Shown here: positions 37,975 through 50,599 of the stretch, piece after piece | How positions within the stretch are numbered: position 1 is the first letter of the stretch | Layout of the letters: every line of letters begins with the position of its first letter | From: Felis catus | Lineage: Eukaryota | DNA: 64,000 nt | Assembly: GCF_018350175.1 (NCBI RefSeq) | Contig: NC_058368.1 | Location: 200,944,001-201,008,000, forward strand | Direction: 5' to 3' | Position numbers and translations under genes: made by a program | Notes under the pieces: model-generated | What the model was told of the DNA's origin: nothing | Seen by the model: the letters and a program-made list of their open reading frames with translations, nothing else | Databases searched by the model: none

Positions 37975-38320
37975 TATGCATTCAACGAAATTTTATAGGA
38001 TATTCTCTGTGCTGTAGACATGTGAATAATGAACTAGGGCATACTCCCTGCTCTCAATGAACTACCCTCACATACACATACAAACAAAGCAATACTTGTA
38101 TGTCCCAAATACCCTTGGACTTCTTAGCCTCAAGTAAGAAAATAAGAAAGACTCTTTGGAGAGGATGATTCTGACCCACTTCTGAAGAGGAAAATAATTG
38201 CTGCTAGGAGAAGAATAATGAAGTTTTCTAGGCCAAGGAAATTAAACAAGCAAAGATTCTAAAAAGCTGAAGGGACATGGTCCAGAATGAGATGAAATTA
38301 GTTGCATGATGAAGGGGGGT
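37975..38320 (-). mobile_element. L2 3' fragment
   Basis: gcattcaacgaaatttt...ctctgtgctgtag...ctccctgctctcaatgaact. Confidence 0.55.
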
Positions 38321-39254
38321 TGAAAATTTCTGATCTCTTACATTCTATTTCCATTCTTCTAGAACTCACTACTATTCGTCATGTACACAATGCATATTTC
38401 ACTAGATTACCCATACTCATTCTCACTCACATTCCTATAAAGTTTTTGGCAGTACTTTGATATATAGTTTAATGATAAATACTTATTCTAAAATGAGAGC
38501 ATAGAAAAGGAAGAGAAAATATCATGTTATTGTTTTTATCCTGGGGCAAAATAAATTTCTGTAACTTTAAGGTCCAGAATACTAAAGGCACTTGATCAAT
38601 ATACAGAACATTTTTTACACAATAGGGATAAGATATGTAAAAGCCATCACACTCATATCCTCTCCCTTCCCCACCCTCACATCACAATCTTTTTGAAAAT
38701 TAAGAGGTTTGAATTTTTGCTTTCTGGGGCGGTTCCACTGTATGTATTCTTGGAAGAGTGGAAAGTCCCCTTAAATCATAAATTCTGGTGGCTCCCTCCA
38801 CCATGACAATAAACTGCCTGTGACATTTTCCTTTCTATGTCTGATCTGACTGGTTTCAAGTGGCTGCTTTCCAGAAACTCCCTGCCAGAACAGGATCACC
38901 TCACAATCAAGTCAGGACACAGAACCACCAGACCCAAAGTTGCTCAAGAGAAATAGTTATTTGGTATAAGCGCAGGCAGAGGAGATTGAGCAGTGTCTTT
39001 CATGGCAAGAAAAGAATATAACTAGAGAGATGTAGTAAAATGCTGTGGAATCCAACTGATGCTGTGATCCATTCCACGTGAAAAGAAGTAGATGGGTAGA
39101 CTATGGGGCACAGAGCGGAAATCTCCCCCGAGAGAAAACCCAAGATAAAAATGAATATCCGTGGTGGCCTTGAAGAGAAAAGGAAATCTCAGAACAGAAT
39201 CTCCTGGAAGCAGAGAGGAAGTTCCTCCTCTAATAAGCACTTTGGTAGGGTCAA

Positions 39255-39415
39255 ATAAGTATTTGTCTGTATCCTCTAATAGACTAAGACCAGTCTTAGT
39301 CTAAGATGGCAGCAATAGTGTTCATTTATTCCCTTTTGTACCTTTGTTGCTTAGCATAGCACCCAGCATATGGATGCTCTGTGGTGAATATTAAGTGAAT
39401 CCATGAGTGAATGAA
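39255..39415 (+). mobile_element. L2 3' end
   Basis: gcttagcatagcacccagcatatggatgctc...gtgaatccatgagtgaatgaa. Confidence 0.7.
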
Positions 39416-39489
39416 GGATTTACATTAGCCTGGAAATCCACTATGGGGGGCTCTGTGATAAAACTATAAGGGCAATTATAAATGATCAC

Positions 39490-39710
39490 CAATACTCATT
39501 TACTTATATTGCCAGGCACAGTGTCAAGCATATTAAATCATTATTTGATTTGCCCTCACAACTATAAATTAGACTACTATTATCCCCATGTTCCAGATGA
39601 GAAAATTGAGATTTAGAGAGTTAAGACAAATTCCCTATATCACACAGCTTAAGAAATTTGGAAAATGGTATCTTGGTTGAGGTTCATCTAATTTCAGAGG
39701 CTAAGGTCTA
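39490..39710 (-). mobile_element. MIR
   Basis: tattatccccatgttccagatgagaaaattgagatttagagagttaag core. Confidence 0.85.
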
Positions 39711-40610
39711 CTTTAATTTAATACAAATTGTTTCCAGCAATTTCTTGATATTTTTAGGATATACTGATAAAATCAATTATTTATTGAGAACTTCCTAAGT
39801 TTGAATGCTTGTGCACAAAATTTTCTTCTAGCAACAATAATTGCCTTTTTTAGATCTAAATACCTGCCTTATTTAGATTTACTATTGTACAATTAGGAAC
39901 TGCTGTCATAAACCTGGCTACAGGATCATCAGCGTGAAAATGATAACCGTCCACAGTAGTAGAAATTAAAGGTTATGCTTTTATTCGTTAAAATGTAATT
40001 TAAGATTAAACTTACGAAACGCTGAATCTTTTTACCAATGAAGGGAAGACACCAAGTGCGGGCCCCTTGATGACTAGGTCCTGAGCAGCATTCCAGTGGT
40101 ATATGTAAAACCACTGTTTTAAAATACTGGAATTACAGGCAAATCTGAGCTCAAAGGGAAGAGGACAGCTACACTCCATATGCAACCATTCACGCTGGTG
40201 TCAGAAAGATGGCATGAGAGCAGGGCACCTGGTAGGTCTCAGCAGGAAGCACCCCCAGCCCCGCTCAAGGTCGGTTCTTTCAATGTTGTGGTCCGAGGGG
40301 AAGTACCTTGTAAGGGCTCATCTACCACCTGTTGCCGGGCACAATAAGTGATAGCGAGAGCCTTCGGGATTCTGATTACCAACTCCCTTTGGTAGGAAGT
40401 ATTGCGAACAGAACTTTTTTGTTGTCTTCACAAAGAGATCTGTTCTGTCGATTCTTACTGAAATATACAGAAGAGCTTGGGCATCAGGACTTCCAAGAAA
40501 CAGAATCTCCCGGGCTGGCTAAAATAGGTACTGGGATGAAGAGGAAAGAAATCTCAGAAAGCAAAGCTCCTTATTCCAATTCTGGAGTTTTAGGCATCCA
40601 GAATGTTAGT

Positions 40611-41174
40611 GGCTGTGCTAGAGTCACAGCCTCCAGCCACAGGTAGCTCCTGGAATCCTGAGATGTAGCTTGTTCGAATTGAGATGAAGTATAAGTGAAA
40701 AACACACTGGGTGCTGAAAACTTTTTATGAAAAAAGAAAAAGGGAAGAATTCGTGGAAATGTTTATGTGGATTAATGTTAAAATAATATTTTAGGGGCGC
40801 CTGAGTGGCGCAGTCGGTTAAGCGTCCGACTTCAGCCAGGTCACGATCTCGCGGTCTGGGAGTTCGAGCCCCGCCTCAGGCTCTGGGCTGATGGCTCAGA
40901 GCCTGGAGCCTGTTTCTGATTCTGTGTCTCCCTCTCTCTCTGCCCCTCCCCCGTTCATGCTCTGTCTCTCTCTGTCCCAAAAATAAATAAACGTTGAAAA
41001 AAAAATTAAAAAGAAAATAATAATAATATTTTAGGCGCATTGAGTTAACTGAAATGTTACTAAAATGAAGGTCACCTGTTTCTTTTTAACTTTTAACATG
41101 ACTGCTATAAATTGTAAATGTACATCTATGACTTTCGTTTGCAGCTTACTTTACAGGTCCATGAGATAGCACCG
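40611..41174. mobile_element. MER33-like hAT-Charlie element split by a young SINE
   Basis: cagccacaggtagct...gttcgaattgagatg...aataatatttt[SINE]...tcacctgtttcttttta match recalled MER33. Confidence 0.8.
40794..41021 (+). mobile_element. Young felid CanSINE (SINEC_Fc-type)
   Basis: ggcgcagtcggttaagcgtccgacttcagccaggtcacg head; TSD aataatattttagg. Confidence 0.97.
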
Positions 41175-41716
41175 GTTCACAGGATGGTTATATTGGTTAT
41201 ATATAGAATGATGTATTACTTTTATTTAATCTTACTTCAGTGGGATCTTTAATCCTCTTTAATCTCCAAGTTTTGATTTAGGGAGTCTGTAAATCTTTAA
41301 GTGAATTGCAAATAGCGTTATCAGTCTTTAAAAAAAACCTATTTTTTAAACTTCAAAATGTCACATAAGACGGTTTCTCTTGTATTTTAATATTTTTCAG
41401 TCAATGTAACTTTTAAAAACTAAACTCAGCAATCCTAAGCTAAAGGATGAACAGCGTGAAAAAGCTGAAAAAGTAATAGTGACCCTGAACACCAGCAGCT
41501 TTTTGTTTTCTATAAAACGAAATGGAACCAAAATGGAGGTGAAAATACAGGAATGTATGAAACCAATTATTGATCCCTTGCCTCTGCTAAAATTTTCTTA
41601 TAAGAAGTATTTTATCTGAAAAGGTATGTATTATCAACATAAATCAATGTGAAACACAAAGTTTTTGTGAATATATTTGCACATGAAGTACATTTAGTTT
41701 GAAAATGTACACATTA

Positions 41717-41903
41717 GCAGAGCCTGGGTGGCTCAGGTCATGATCTTGGGTTCGTGAGTTCGAACCCCACATCTGGCTTGCTTTTGTCCGTGCAGAGCCT
41801 ACTTCAGATCTTTTGTCTCACTCTGTCTCTCTCTCTGTTACCCACCCCACTCACTCTCTCTCTCTCTCAAAAATAAATAAAACATTTTTAAAAATTAAAA
41901 AAA
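41717..41903 (+). mobile_element. CanSINE with a short deletion in the head
   Basis: ggtggctcag joined to gtcatgatc; CT tract, tail; TSD gaaaatg(ta)cacat. Confidence 0.9.
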
Positions 41904-41979
41904 GAAAATGCACATATGGACCATATATTATCAAGATTTTTTTAAATTAAAATTACATTATTATAATATAACAGTGTTA

Positions 41980-42201
41980 ATTTTTTTTAATTTTTTTTAA
42001 CGTTTATTTATTTTTGAGACAGAGAAAGACAGAGCATGAACGGGGGAGGGTCAGAGAGAGAGGGAGACACAGAATCCGAAACAGGCTCCAGGCTCTGAGC
42101 AGTCAGCACAGAGCCCGACGCGGGGCTCGAACTCACGGACCGCGAGATCGTGACCTGAGCCGAAGTCGGAGGCTTAACTGACTGAGCCACCCAGGCGCCC
42201 C
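41980..42201 (-). mobile_element. CanSINE, low divergence
   Basis: Full antisense body with CpGs intact. Confidence 0.96.
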
Positions 42202-43439
42202 ACTTTTTTTTTAACTTTTATATATCAATCTGGGCTCTGGTGGAAGTGGAATTTTCCCTAGATGGTTTATAATGAAAGGCGAAGTTAAGAACAAAACAAA
42301 ACAGAAAACAAACAGCAGCATCAATATGTCATTACCATCCTCAAGACTAATGGAATAAGATTGTCACAGAGTTTTACCAGAGTGCAAAAAAGAGCTCGAG
42401 CCATGGCAAAGGGTGTCCTCTAAGCTACCCATGGTCAGAAATGAGGTGCCACCCAGGGAAGGAAGAAGTATCCTGAACTCTTTCTCTTCCTACCTTACGA
42501 TCTACCATATTGGTCAAGCCCAACTGGAAGATCACCACCTTCATGTGCAAGCACTCAAACGAAGGTTGGAGAATGAGCAGCAGATGGGGATAGATTAGAG
42601 AACAATTAGCAGATTTGTAAAGCATTTTTTACCCAAGATAATATTGTGTAAGGTCTAACGCAGTGTGAGTAGGCATAGTGAGTGATAGGAAAAATAGAAT
42701 GGTGTGATAAATCCTAACAGAAAAGCAATTAATTCACTAAGGACACTAGCTACATCAGAATGAAGAGCATTAATGTGGGATATGTTATGTAGTGGCAGTG
42801 GAAATCCAGGAGAGTCAAAATGTTATAGAATAAGTGTTAGATGTGGGGAAATTTCAGTGCTTAAGTTTCTCTCAATTAATTTATGAATACAAATTATAAT
42901 TTCTTGCAATAAATTAGAATTAAAATAAAAGATAATGAAGATTAATTATATATCTTGAAAATGGAAATAAATAATTTGGAAGAAACTGACAAGAGATTAA
43001 AATGTAATAGTTAGAGAATACTATTCTCAACTTCTGCCAATGGACATCTATTTTGATCATAGTAGTGATTTGGGATTAGTTAAAAGAGAAGAAAATGTTA
43101 AATCTCAAGTATGAAATTGCATAGAAAATTCAGTGCTTTATCACATACCAGTACCCTATATAATCTAATTTTATAGATTAACAAAATGAATTCAAAAAAT
43201 AAATATGTATATAATATTGTGTTTACTAGTCTCTAAACATTTCTTACGTTGTAAGCAACTGAACCTTAACTTGAGACTGGTCCTTCTCTCCCATTCTCTC
43301 CAGTGAATTGGTAACTTTCTTCAGAAAACCTTCCCTCACTGCCTTCCCACGTTAGCCCATTCCTACTCTCAGGTGGGTTTAGACCAACAGTATGTGCCAT
43401 AAATTGTTGAACTAAAATGAATACTTAGAGAAGTGGATG

Positions 43440-43659
43440 TTTTATTTTTTATTTTTATTTTTTAAAGTTTATTTATTCTTGAGAGAGAGAAAGAGAGAGC
43501 GGGACAGGGACAGAGAGAGAGGGAGGGAGAGAATCCCCAACAGGCTCCATGCTGTCAGCACGGAGTCCAATGTGGGGCTCGACCTCACAAACTGTGAGAT
43601 CATGACCTGAGCTGAAATTGAGAGTCAGATGCTTAACTGACTGAGCCATCCAGGTGCCC
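43440..43659 (-). mobile_element. CanSINE
   Basis: TSD gagaagtggatg at 43428 and 43661. Confidence 0.95.
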
Positions 43660-44269
43660 TGAGAAGTGGATGCTTTAAAATATGCTGTTTCTGCCAGTAT
43701 TTGTTTGAGATTTTGTAATCAATTATGGTTCCTGACTCAGAAACAGCAGGGCTATCATTCTATATCTTTGAGTAGGGAATATACATACCATGTTGATATA
43801 ACACAGAAAAGTGAGGAAGATAACATTGTATTCTGAAAGGTCTAATCTTTGTTCTCAGTCTGCTAGATGGTCGCAGTTATACCTTCTGGCAAGACCACCC
43901 TCTTCCTCATGGTTTTCTTCAGGTGCCCAAACAAAACTCCACTGGACCCTGCAGTGTCATCACATTATGCACGAGGAGGTTGTTTCAATTTGGGTAATTT
44001 CAGTACATGTACTGGTAACAGCCTGTCATATATAGAAAACCTCAGTTACACTGTATGGAATATCTGGCTTAAAGCAACTTCACAGATGTCTGATGTGCCT
44101 GCCAACTTTGAAATATAACCCTGAAAACTGAGACAGTTGACCCATTGGATTGAGTTATTAAGGTAAGAGTTCTTGCCATTTCTGATATCTTTTAAGAAAA
44201 CCTTATAAATCATCAATTCATAGCTACAGCCACATTATCTGGGTATGTTTTTCATTCAATGTTCCCCAG

Positions 44270-44465
44270 ACTTCTCTAACCCTAAAACATTGTAGGAATA
44301 CACAATCTACCCCCCTAAAAAAATAAATTTATAAACTTGGACCAAGCATCTTAAGATTCTTCTTCAGCAAGTCCAGGTGGAGTCCAAGACTAGGTACTTC
44401 TAAGAAATCCACTTGTCCCCAGCCTAGAGGGATAGCATGATCAGGCAAGTTTGGGGAAAACTGCT
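44270..44465. mobile_element. MER5-like hAT MITE remnant
   Basis: cttctctaacc...gattcttcttcagcaagtccaggtggagtccaaga...caagtttggggaaaactg. Confidence 0.5.
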
Positions 44466-44565
44466 TCAACTGAACTACAGTTGGAAATATTTTGAATTCT
44501 ATTATTTTAAAGATATACTTTGAAACATTTAATTTTATTCTTTAGTAAATAAAATTACTAACTTC

Positions 44566-44786
44566 CTTTTTAATTTTTTTACTGTTTTATTATTTATTTT
44601 TGAGAGAGAGAGAGGCAGAGCATGAGTGGGAGAGGGGCAGAGAGAGAGGAAGACACAGAATCTGAAGCAGCTCCAGGCTCTGAGCTGTCAGCACAGAGCC
44701 CGACGAGGGGTGAAAACTCACAAACTACGAGATCATGACCTGAGCTAAAGTTGGACGTTTAACCAACTGAGCCACCCAGGCACCTC
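44566..44786 (-). mobile_element. CanSINE
   Basis: TSD aattactaactt at 44553 and 44789. Confidence 0.95.
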
Positions 44787-45024
44787 AGAATTACTAACTT
44801 TCTTAAATACAATTTGTAATATATTTATTACAAATTCCAGAGAAAAATTATATGCATTTAAGTTTTCATTTTCAATATAAGATTGCATACATGTGCTTTC
44901 AGTTAGACAAAATTCCTGATTTAGAATTTTTGTGTTTATATGCAACCAGTCTTAGAAAAAAATTTAATGGCTTTTCTTGCATTTCATGGAAAAACCATCA
45001 AGCATCTAAGTCATTCAGAGTAGC

Positions 45025-45230
45025 CACCATTCATTGAACATGTACTATATGTAAGATGCTTTTTACACATAATTGCTTTTATTCACCATAAAAAGGTGTG
45101 CATTGTTGTGCTTATTTTTACAAATGAGGAAAGCAAGTTTCAAAAATTTAGTAATGTTTCCAAAATCCCACCGTTGATATTAGAACATTAGTCTAAAACA
45201 GACACTTCCTGGGTATCACATTGTTTTACA
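45025..45230 (-). mobile_element. MIR
   Basis: attttacaaatgaggaaagcaag core. Confidence 0.7.
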
Positions 45231-45801
45231 GAGAAAAATACTACAAAAAACTAATTTACATGCAAAACCAAATCAATAAGGAATTTTTCATTCGTGCATT
45301 TCTGTGGGCATTCATTTTCATTATCTAACCCTTGTAAATTTGGTATTTAACTTAGTTACATAAATATATAGTTCATGTCTAGAAACATGACAACTTAGAT
45401 AGCTTTTTAAAAATTTTCAGTCATCCATAAAGAAGAGATGCTGATATCACTGATTGTGAATGGCTATTAGGATGTACGCACCAAAGAGAAAAATATATAC
45501 TTAAATAGATTCTTAAAGGAAAAATTTTACAATATCTTCCTAGTTAAATAAGAATATCCCCAGGGTTCATAACCAAATCAATGAATCTGAAATCCTCTAT
45601 CAAGATGTTTAGAAATACAAGGAAGGAACCACACTGTTTAAATAGTGTCAATTTTTAAAAATTACTATGCTTTTCCGACTCTGCTTCTGCTAGCTATATA
45701 ACCATTCATTTCATAACAAAGTAAACAGAGAAATAGTTTCAAGAAACTTTTGACTTGTCAGCAAAATACTTCCAAAAGCATACAACTGATAATACAAGCT
45801 T

Positions 45802-45838
45802 ACACACACGTGCACACACACACACACACACACACACA
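45802..45838. repeat. (CA)n microsatellite
   Basis: Direct observation; one interruption. Confidence 0.93.
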
Positions 45839-45950
45839 GGGTAGATAGGAGAAGAGTAGGTGACAAGATCTGGTCATTATTTAAACACAGTTATTTGATT
45901 TTAAAATGGTTCTTGAAACTTGTCAGCTGAATTGTTCTATTATTGATTTA

Positions 45951-46179
45951 TTTTTTTTATTTTTTTTAATTTTTTTTAACGTTTATTTATTTTTGGGACA
46001 GAGAGAGACAGAGTATGAATGGGGGAGGGGCAGAGAGAGAGGGAGACACAGAATCGGAAACAGACTCCAGGCTCTGAGCCATCAGCCCAGAGCCCGACGC
46101 GGGGCTCGAACTCACAGACCGCGAGATCGTGACCTGGCTGAAGTCGGACGCTCAACTGACTGCGCCACCCAGGCGCCCC
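45951..46179 (-). mobile_element. Young felid CanSINE (SINEC_Fc-type)
   Basis: 17-bp TSD gttctattattgattta at 45934-45950 and 46180-46196. Confidence 0.97.
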
Positions 46180-46346
46180 GTTCTATTATTGATTTAGAAG
46201 ATCTTTTTTGTGGAAGATCTTTCTTGGGACTAACCACTAGAAAAACATTTTTTGGCATACAAATAAGCTAATCCTTCTGTAAGAGAAATTTCTGGCTAAT
46301 TATATAGAAAATACAAAAGAAAGCCAGTCTCCCTAACTTTTGTAGT

Positions 46347-46438
46347 CTATCCTATCCTATCCTGTCCTATCTTACCCTATCCTATCCTATCCCATTCCAT
46401 TCCATTCCATTCCATTCCATTCCATTCCATTCCATTCA
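46347..46438. repeat. Compound pentanucleotide repeat (CTATC)n-(CCATT)n
   Basis: About 9 imperfect CTATC units followed by about 9 perfect CCATT units. Confidence 0.95.
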
Positions 46439-46589
46439 GTTTTATTCTGTTCTATTCCCAATAAAACATATGAAATGTAGAGAATTCATCTGGGGGTTAA
46501 TTTTACTACCTTACTAGGTCAAATTCTTTTTTCATAATTTTATTCAGTATAATTTAAATTGCTGCATAAATCATGACCATTAAATATGT

Positions 46590-46790
46590 CTGGACTCTAT
46601 ATAGAAGCGAAGGATTTTAGACACAGAAGAGACCTTAGCATTCAGTTAGTCCAATCTCCTCACTTTTGATCCTGGAAAAACTGAGAGATTTGATATTAAA
46701 CTATTTACCCAAGGCCATGCTACTAGTCAGTTGTTCACAAGATCAAGCACTAATTCCAGAATCATGTCAACCCAAAGATCTTTTAATGTA
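46590..46790 (-). mobile_element. MIR/MIR3
   Basis: agaagagaccttagcattcagttagtccaatctcctcactttt...aactgagag...cccaaggccatgctactagt. Confidence 0.75.
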
Positions 46791-46880
46791 ATGTGAAAGT
46801 ACTCAGACCAAGACTGAACTGAAAATTTAAAATCAATCTTTTTAATTTGATTTTATATTATTTTTATATTCTCTAAGAGA

Positions 46881-47307
46881 TTCTACTGGTTGTATAATGT
46901 CTCGCAAAGTTTATGTCTACCCAGACCCTCACAATAGGAATTTATTTGGAAATAGGGTCTTTGCAGATATCATTAGTTAAATTTTAAAAAGGTCATTCTG
47001 GATTAAGATAGATCCTAAACCTAATGACAGGCCTCTTAAAAAGGCCATGTGAACACACAGAGACAACGAGACACAGAGGGAAGAAGACTATGTAAAGATG
47101 GAGGCAGATTTGGGGATGATGTCACAAGCCAAGGAAAACCTGGGGCCACCAAGAGTGAGATTAGACAAAGAAGGATTCTTCCAAGAGTCTTTATAGGGGC
47201 ATGGACCTGCTGACATTTTGGTTTTATATTTCTAACCTCCAGAAATCCGAGAGCATCAATTTGTTATTTTAAGTCACTTTGTTAGGCAACCCTAGGGAAG
47301 CAAGACA
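46881..47307 (+). mobile_element. MLT1C-like MaLR solo LTR
   Basis: ttatttggaaatagggtctttgcagat; gtaaagatggaggcaga; caagccaaggaa; ggcaaccctagggaagcaagaca end. Confidence 0.9.
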
Positions 47308-47417
47308 GAATATCACACAAAGTAATATCTAAACATGGTAGATAATGCCAGGAATTCTGTTCACTGAATGTATTTTCATTTCATGTGGTGGTTTTATTGT
47401 GGTATTATATATATGTC

Positions 47418-47421
<4 letters not shown>

Positions 47422-47452
<31 letters not shown>
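47422..47452. repeat. (TG)n microsatellite
   Basis: Direct observation. Confidence 0.95.
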
Positions 47453-47455
<3 letters not shown>

Positions 47456-49048
47456 CACAAAAATATATAAATATTTTTTCTCTTTTTTAATTTGTTGCTG
47501 TAGTCTTTGGGGATTTGAATTTTGAAGATTCCAATACATAAGGACTGTTAAAATGACCCTCCTTCCAATAAACTGTAGCTTATTATTTACAATGAAGTAT
47601 TTCTAGAATCATACTCCAATTATATCTGTACGGCGTAATTATTCTCTTAAAAAAAGAATAGCAGTTAGATATTAGGTGGCAAGCATTACAGACCTATACA
47701 TGATAGCACATTAAGAACTGTTGGGTAAATTTCACTAACTTAGAGAAGAAACAAACCTAATGTCAGACTTGCAAAAATTTAACATAAGAAGCCACAAAAA
47801 TATATTGTCATATTGATTTTTTACATTGTTATAATAATTAATAACTTTTAACTTTATATGTATATTTACATTTGACCTAATTATTATAGCTGTAATTTCT
47901 GTTGTATTGTTATTTAGGGGCAAATAGACAAATACTGTTGTTTCTCCACAACCTTATTTTTGTGCTGAGGTATTTCCAAAGAACATTTATAAATTTAGTA
48001 CTTTATCAGGAGCCTCTTCATAAGTCTTGTCCTTCATGCTTGAGCAGTCCCCCCAAAAAGCAGATTCTAAAATGAATGACTTAAAATAGTTGGGGTGGTT
48101 CAGTCTGTGTTAGAGTCCAGAACTATAGTTGCATCTCAATTACTCTCCAATTAAAAAATTCTATCTAACACCTTCTATATAAAAAAAAAAACTTTTATAA
48201 AGATAATAGAACAAAACAAAATCTTAAAATGAAACCACATGGAAACAAAAACATAAAAGTTAATTTAAAACGACATTGAAGGAAATAATGATAAGCTTGA
48301 TAAAAATAAAATATCAAAGTCATGAAGTAAAGGTAGATTCATTAATCTACTACTGAATCAGAAGCTGAATACAAAATTGCTTTTGAGTATGCATGTATGT
48401 GAGAGAGGAAGGGAAAGACAGAGAGAGAGAATTTTCTTGAATTTCCACTTAAAAAAAACTCTCTGGAAAAAATATTTGTAATATATCTATCTGAAAAAAA
48501 TCATACTTAAAATCAATAAAGAATTTCTACATATCAACAATAAAAAAGTGAACAATCATTTATAAACTAAGAAATAACTTGAAAAATTACTCTGTAAAAG
48601 AAGAAATATAAGTGGTAATAAACTTGAGAATGTGGTCAATATTACTGGCATCAGGGAAGTGCAAATTTAAGCCATAGTGAGAGATCATTCAACACCCATG
48701 AAATGCCTGAAATTCAAAAAGACTGACATGAAATAGTGATGGCGTTGAACAACTGGAACTTTCATACACTGTTGGTAGGCGTGTAACGTGGCTCAACATT
48801 TTGGAGACTTTTGGGACAATTTCTTATTAAGTTAAACATACGTCTATGTTATAACCCTGCAATTCCACCCCTAGGTATTAATCCAAGAGAAATAAAAACA
48901 TAAATCCACCATAAAGACTTGAACAAAAAGTTCCTAGCAGGCTCAATAATAACAATAAAAAACGATAACCTTCCATATACCCATTAAGAGGAGGAATAAA
49001 CCATAGGGTATTCACACAATGAAAGACAACTCAGAAGCAAAATGGAGT

Positions 49049-49172
49049 GGGGCGCCTGGATGCTTCAGTTAAGCGTCTGACTCTTGGTTTCAGCTCCAGT
49101 CATGATCTCACAATTTGTGGGTTCAAGCCACACATCAGGCTCTATGCTGACAGTGCAGAGCCTGCTTGGGAT

Positions 49173-49221
<49 letters not shown>

Positions 49222-49277
49222 GTCCCGCTCTTGCTTGCATTCGCTGTCTCTGTAAATAAACTTAAAAAAAAAAAAAA
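49049..49277 (+). mobile_element. Older CanSINE
   Basis: Full body with (TCTG)n/(CT)n tract. Confidence 0.95.
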
Positions 49278-49280
49278 GCA

Positions 49281-49518
49281 GGGGCGCCTGGGTGGCGCAG
49301 TCGGTTAAGCGTCCGACTTCAGCCAGGTCACGATCTCGCGGTCCGTGAGTTCGAGCCCCGCGTCAGGCTCTGGGCTGATGGCTCAGAGCCTGGAGCCTGT
49401 TTCCGATTCTGTGTCTCCCTCTGTCTCCGCCCCTCCCCCGTTCATGCTCTGTCTCTCTCTGTCCCAAAAATAAATAAACGTTGAAAAAAAAATTAAAAAA
49501 AAAAAAAAAAAAAAAAAC
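49281..49518 (+). mobile_element. Young felid CanSINE inserted in the A-tail of the preceding SINE
   Basis: Consensus-like body with all CpGs and a long pure poly(A). Confidence 0.97.
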
Positions 49519-50086
49519 AGAAGTAAAATGCAATGTCTTACTGATGTATGAATCAACAGCACAAACATGCTGAGTGAACGAAACTTGTCCCGAAAGAATA
49601 CGTTCTGTATGATTCCATTTATATGAACTTCTAGAATTGGTAGAAGTAATCTATGATAATAAGTGTAAGAAAGAGGAACAAGAATTTTTGATATGTATTT
49701 TGGATGACAGTTAAATTGAATTGAATACTAAACAACTGACCATTTTAAAACATCCATATGATACCTCGATAAAACATATTAATTGCAATAATAAGAATAT
49801 TTAAAAATAAAGATAAAATAAATCAAGTATTAAAAATATAAAGAAAATTAATTGATCATATCTTCAAAGAAAAGACCTAAGATGTGGCCTAAACTTTCTC
49901 TTGTTTATTGTGCGAAGAAAAAAAAATAATAAAATGATTTTCACTTTGTGTTAACCTAATTATTTAACATTTAAAGTTAAAAGTTTCTCCAGTAGTCAAC
50001 AAAACAAAATGGTGACTCACAAGGTAAAGAAAATGTCAGGCTGGCTCCCAATTTTTGGTCCATATTAAACACAATAAAAAACCGGA

Positions 50087-50210
50087 GGGAAGCCTGGCTG
50101 GCTCAATTTGTAGAGCATGACTCTTCATCTCAGGGTCATGAGTTCAAGCCCCACATGGAGCATGGAGACTGCTTAAAATAAAAATTAAAAAAAATAATAA
50201 ATAGAAAAAG
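50087..50210 (+). mobile_element. Short tRNA-Lys(CTT)-like carnivore SINE without a CT tract
   Basis: gcctggctggctcaatttgtagagcatgactcttcatctcagggtcatgagttcaagccccacatgg resembles tRNA-Lys-CTT; A-tail; TSD-like aaac[c/t]ggag. Confidence 0.85.
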
Positions 50211-50599
50211 AAACTGGAGCAGCACCAATACAAATTTAACAGTAATGTGTTTTATATTCTATATTCAGCCAAGGTATAATTCTTATGTGAAAGCAGTGCG
50301 AAGATATTCTCAGTTGTGTCTGAACTCAGAATGGACTCCATCCAGATGTTTAAAAAAAAAAAAAAAACATAACTTTCAAAAATGTTCCTTACAACGTTTT
50401 TTTCCTTCCAAATAGGTAGCAATAACAAAGAAAAAATTGTTGGGTCTTATCTCCCGGTTGAATTACTAAGGATAACATTAGGCAAGGGTGGAGTTTCGGG
50501 TGGAGGAAAGTTATATTCCAAAAGGTAGATAAATTAGTACAGTGTTATTCTTAACTTTGAGAAATTGATTTAAGAAAAGTTCACAGTTTTAATATAACC

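Larger units (their letters stand above)
48450..49775 (+). mobile_element. Old L1 (L1ME-like) ORF2 end and 3'UTR, interrupted by two SINEs
   Basis: catcagggaagtgcaaatttaa; caactggaactttcatacactgttggt; gcaattccacccctaggtatt; ctgtatgattccatttatatgaa. Confidence 0.85.

Noticed and set aside
40319..40338. CTCF-like ctaccacctgttgccg
   Set aside because: Three mismatches to the core consensus.
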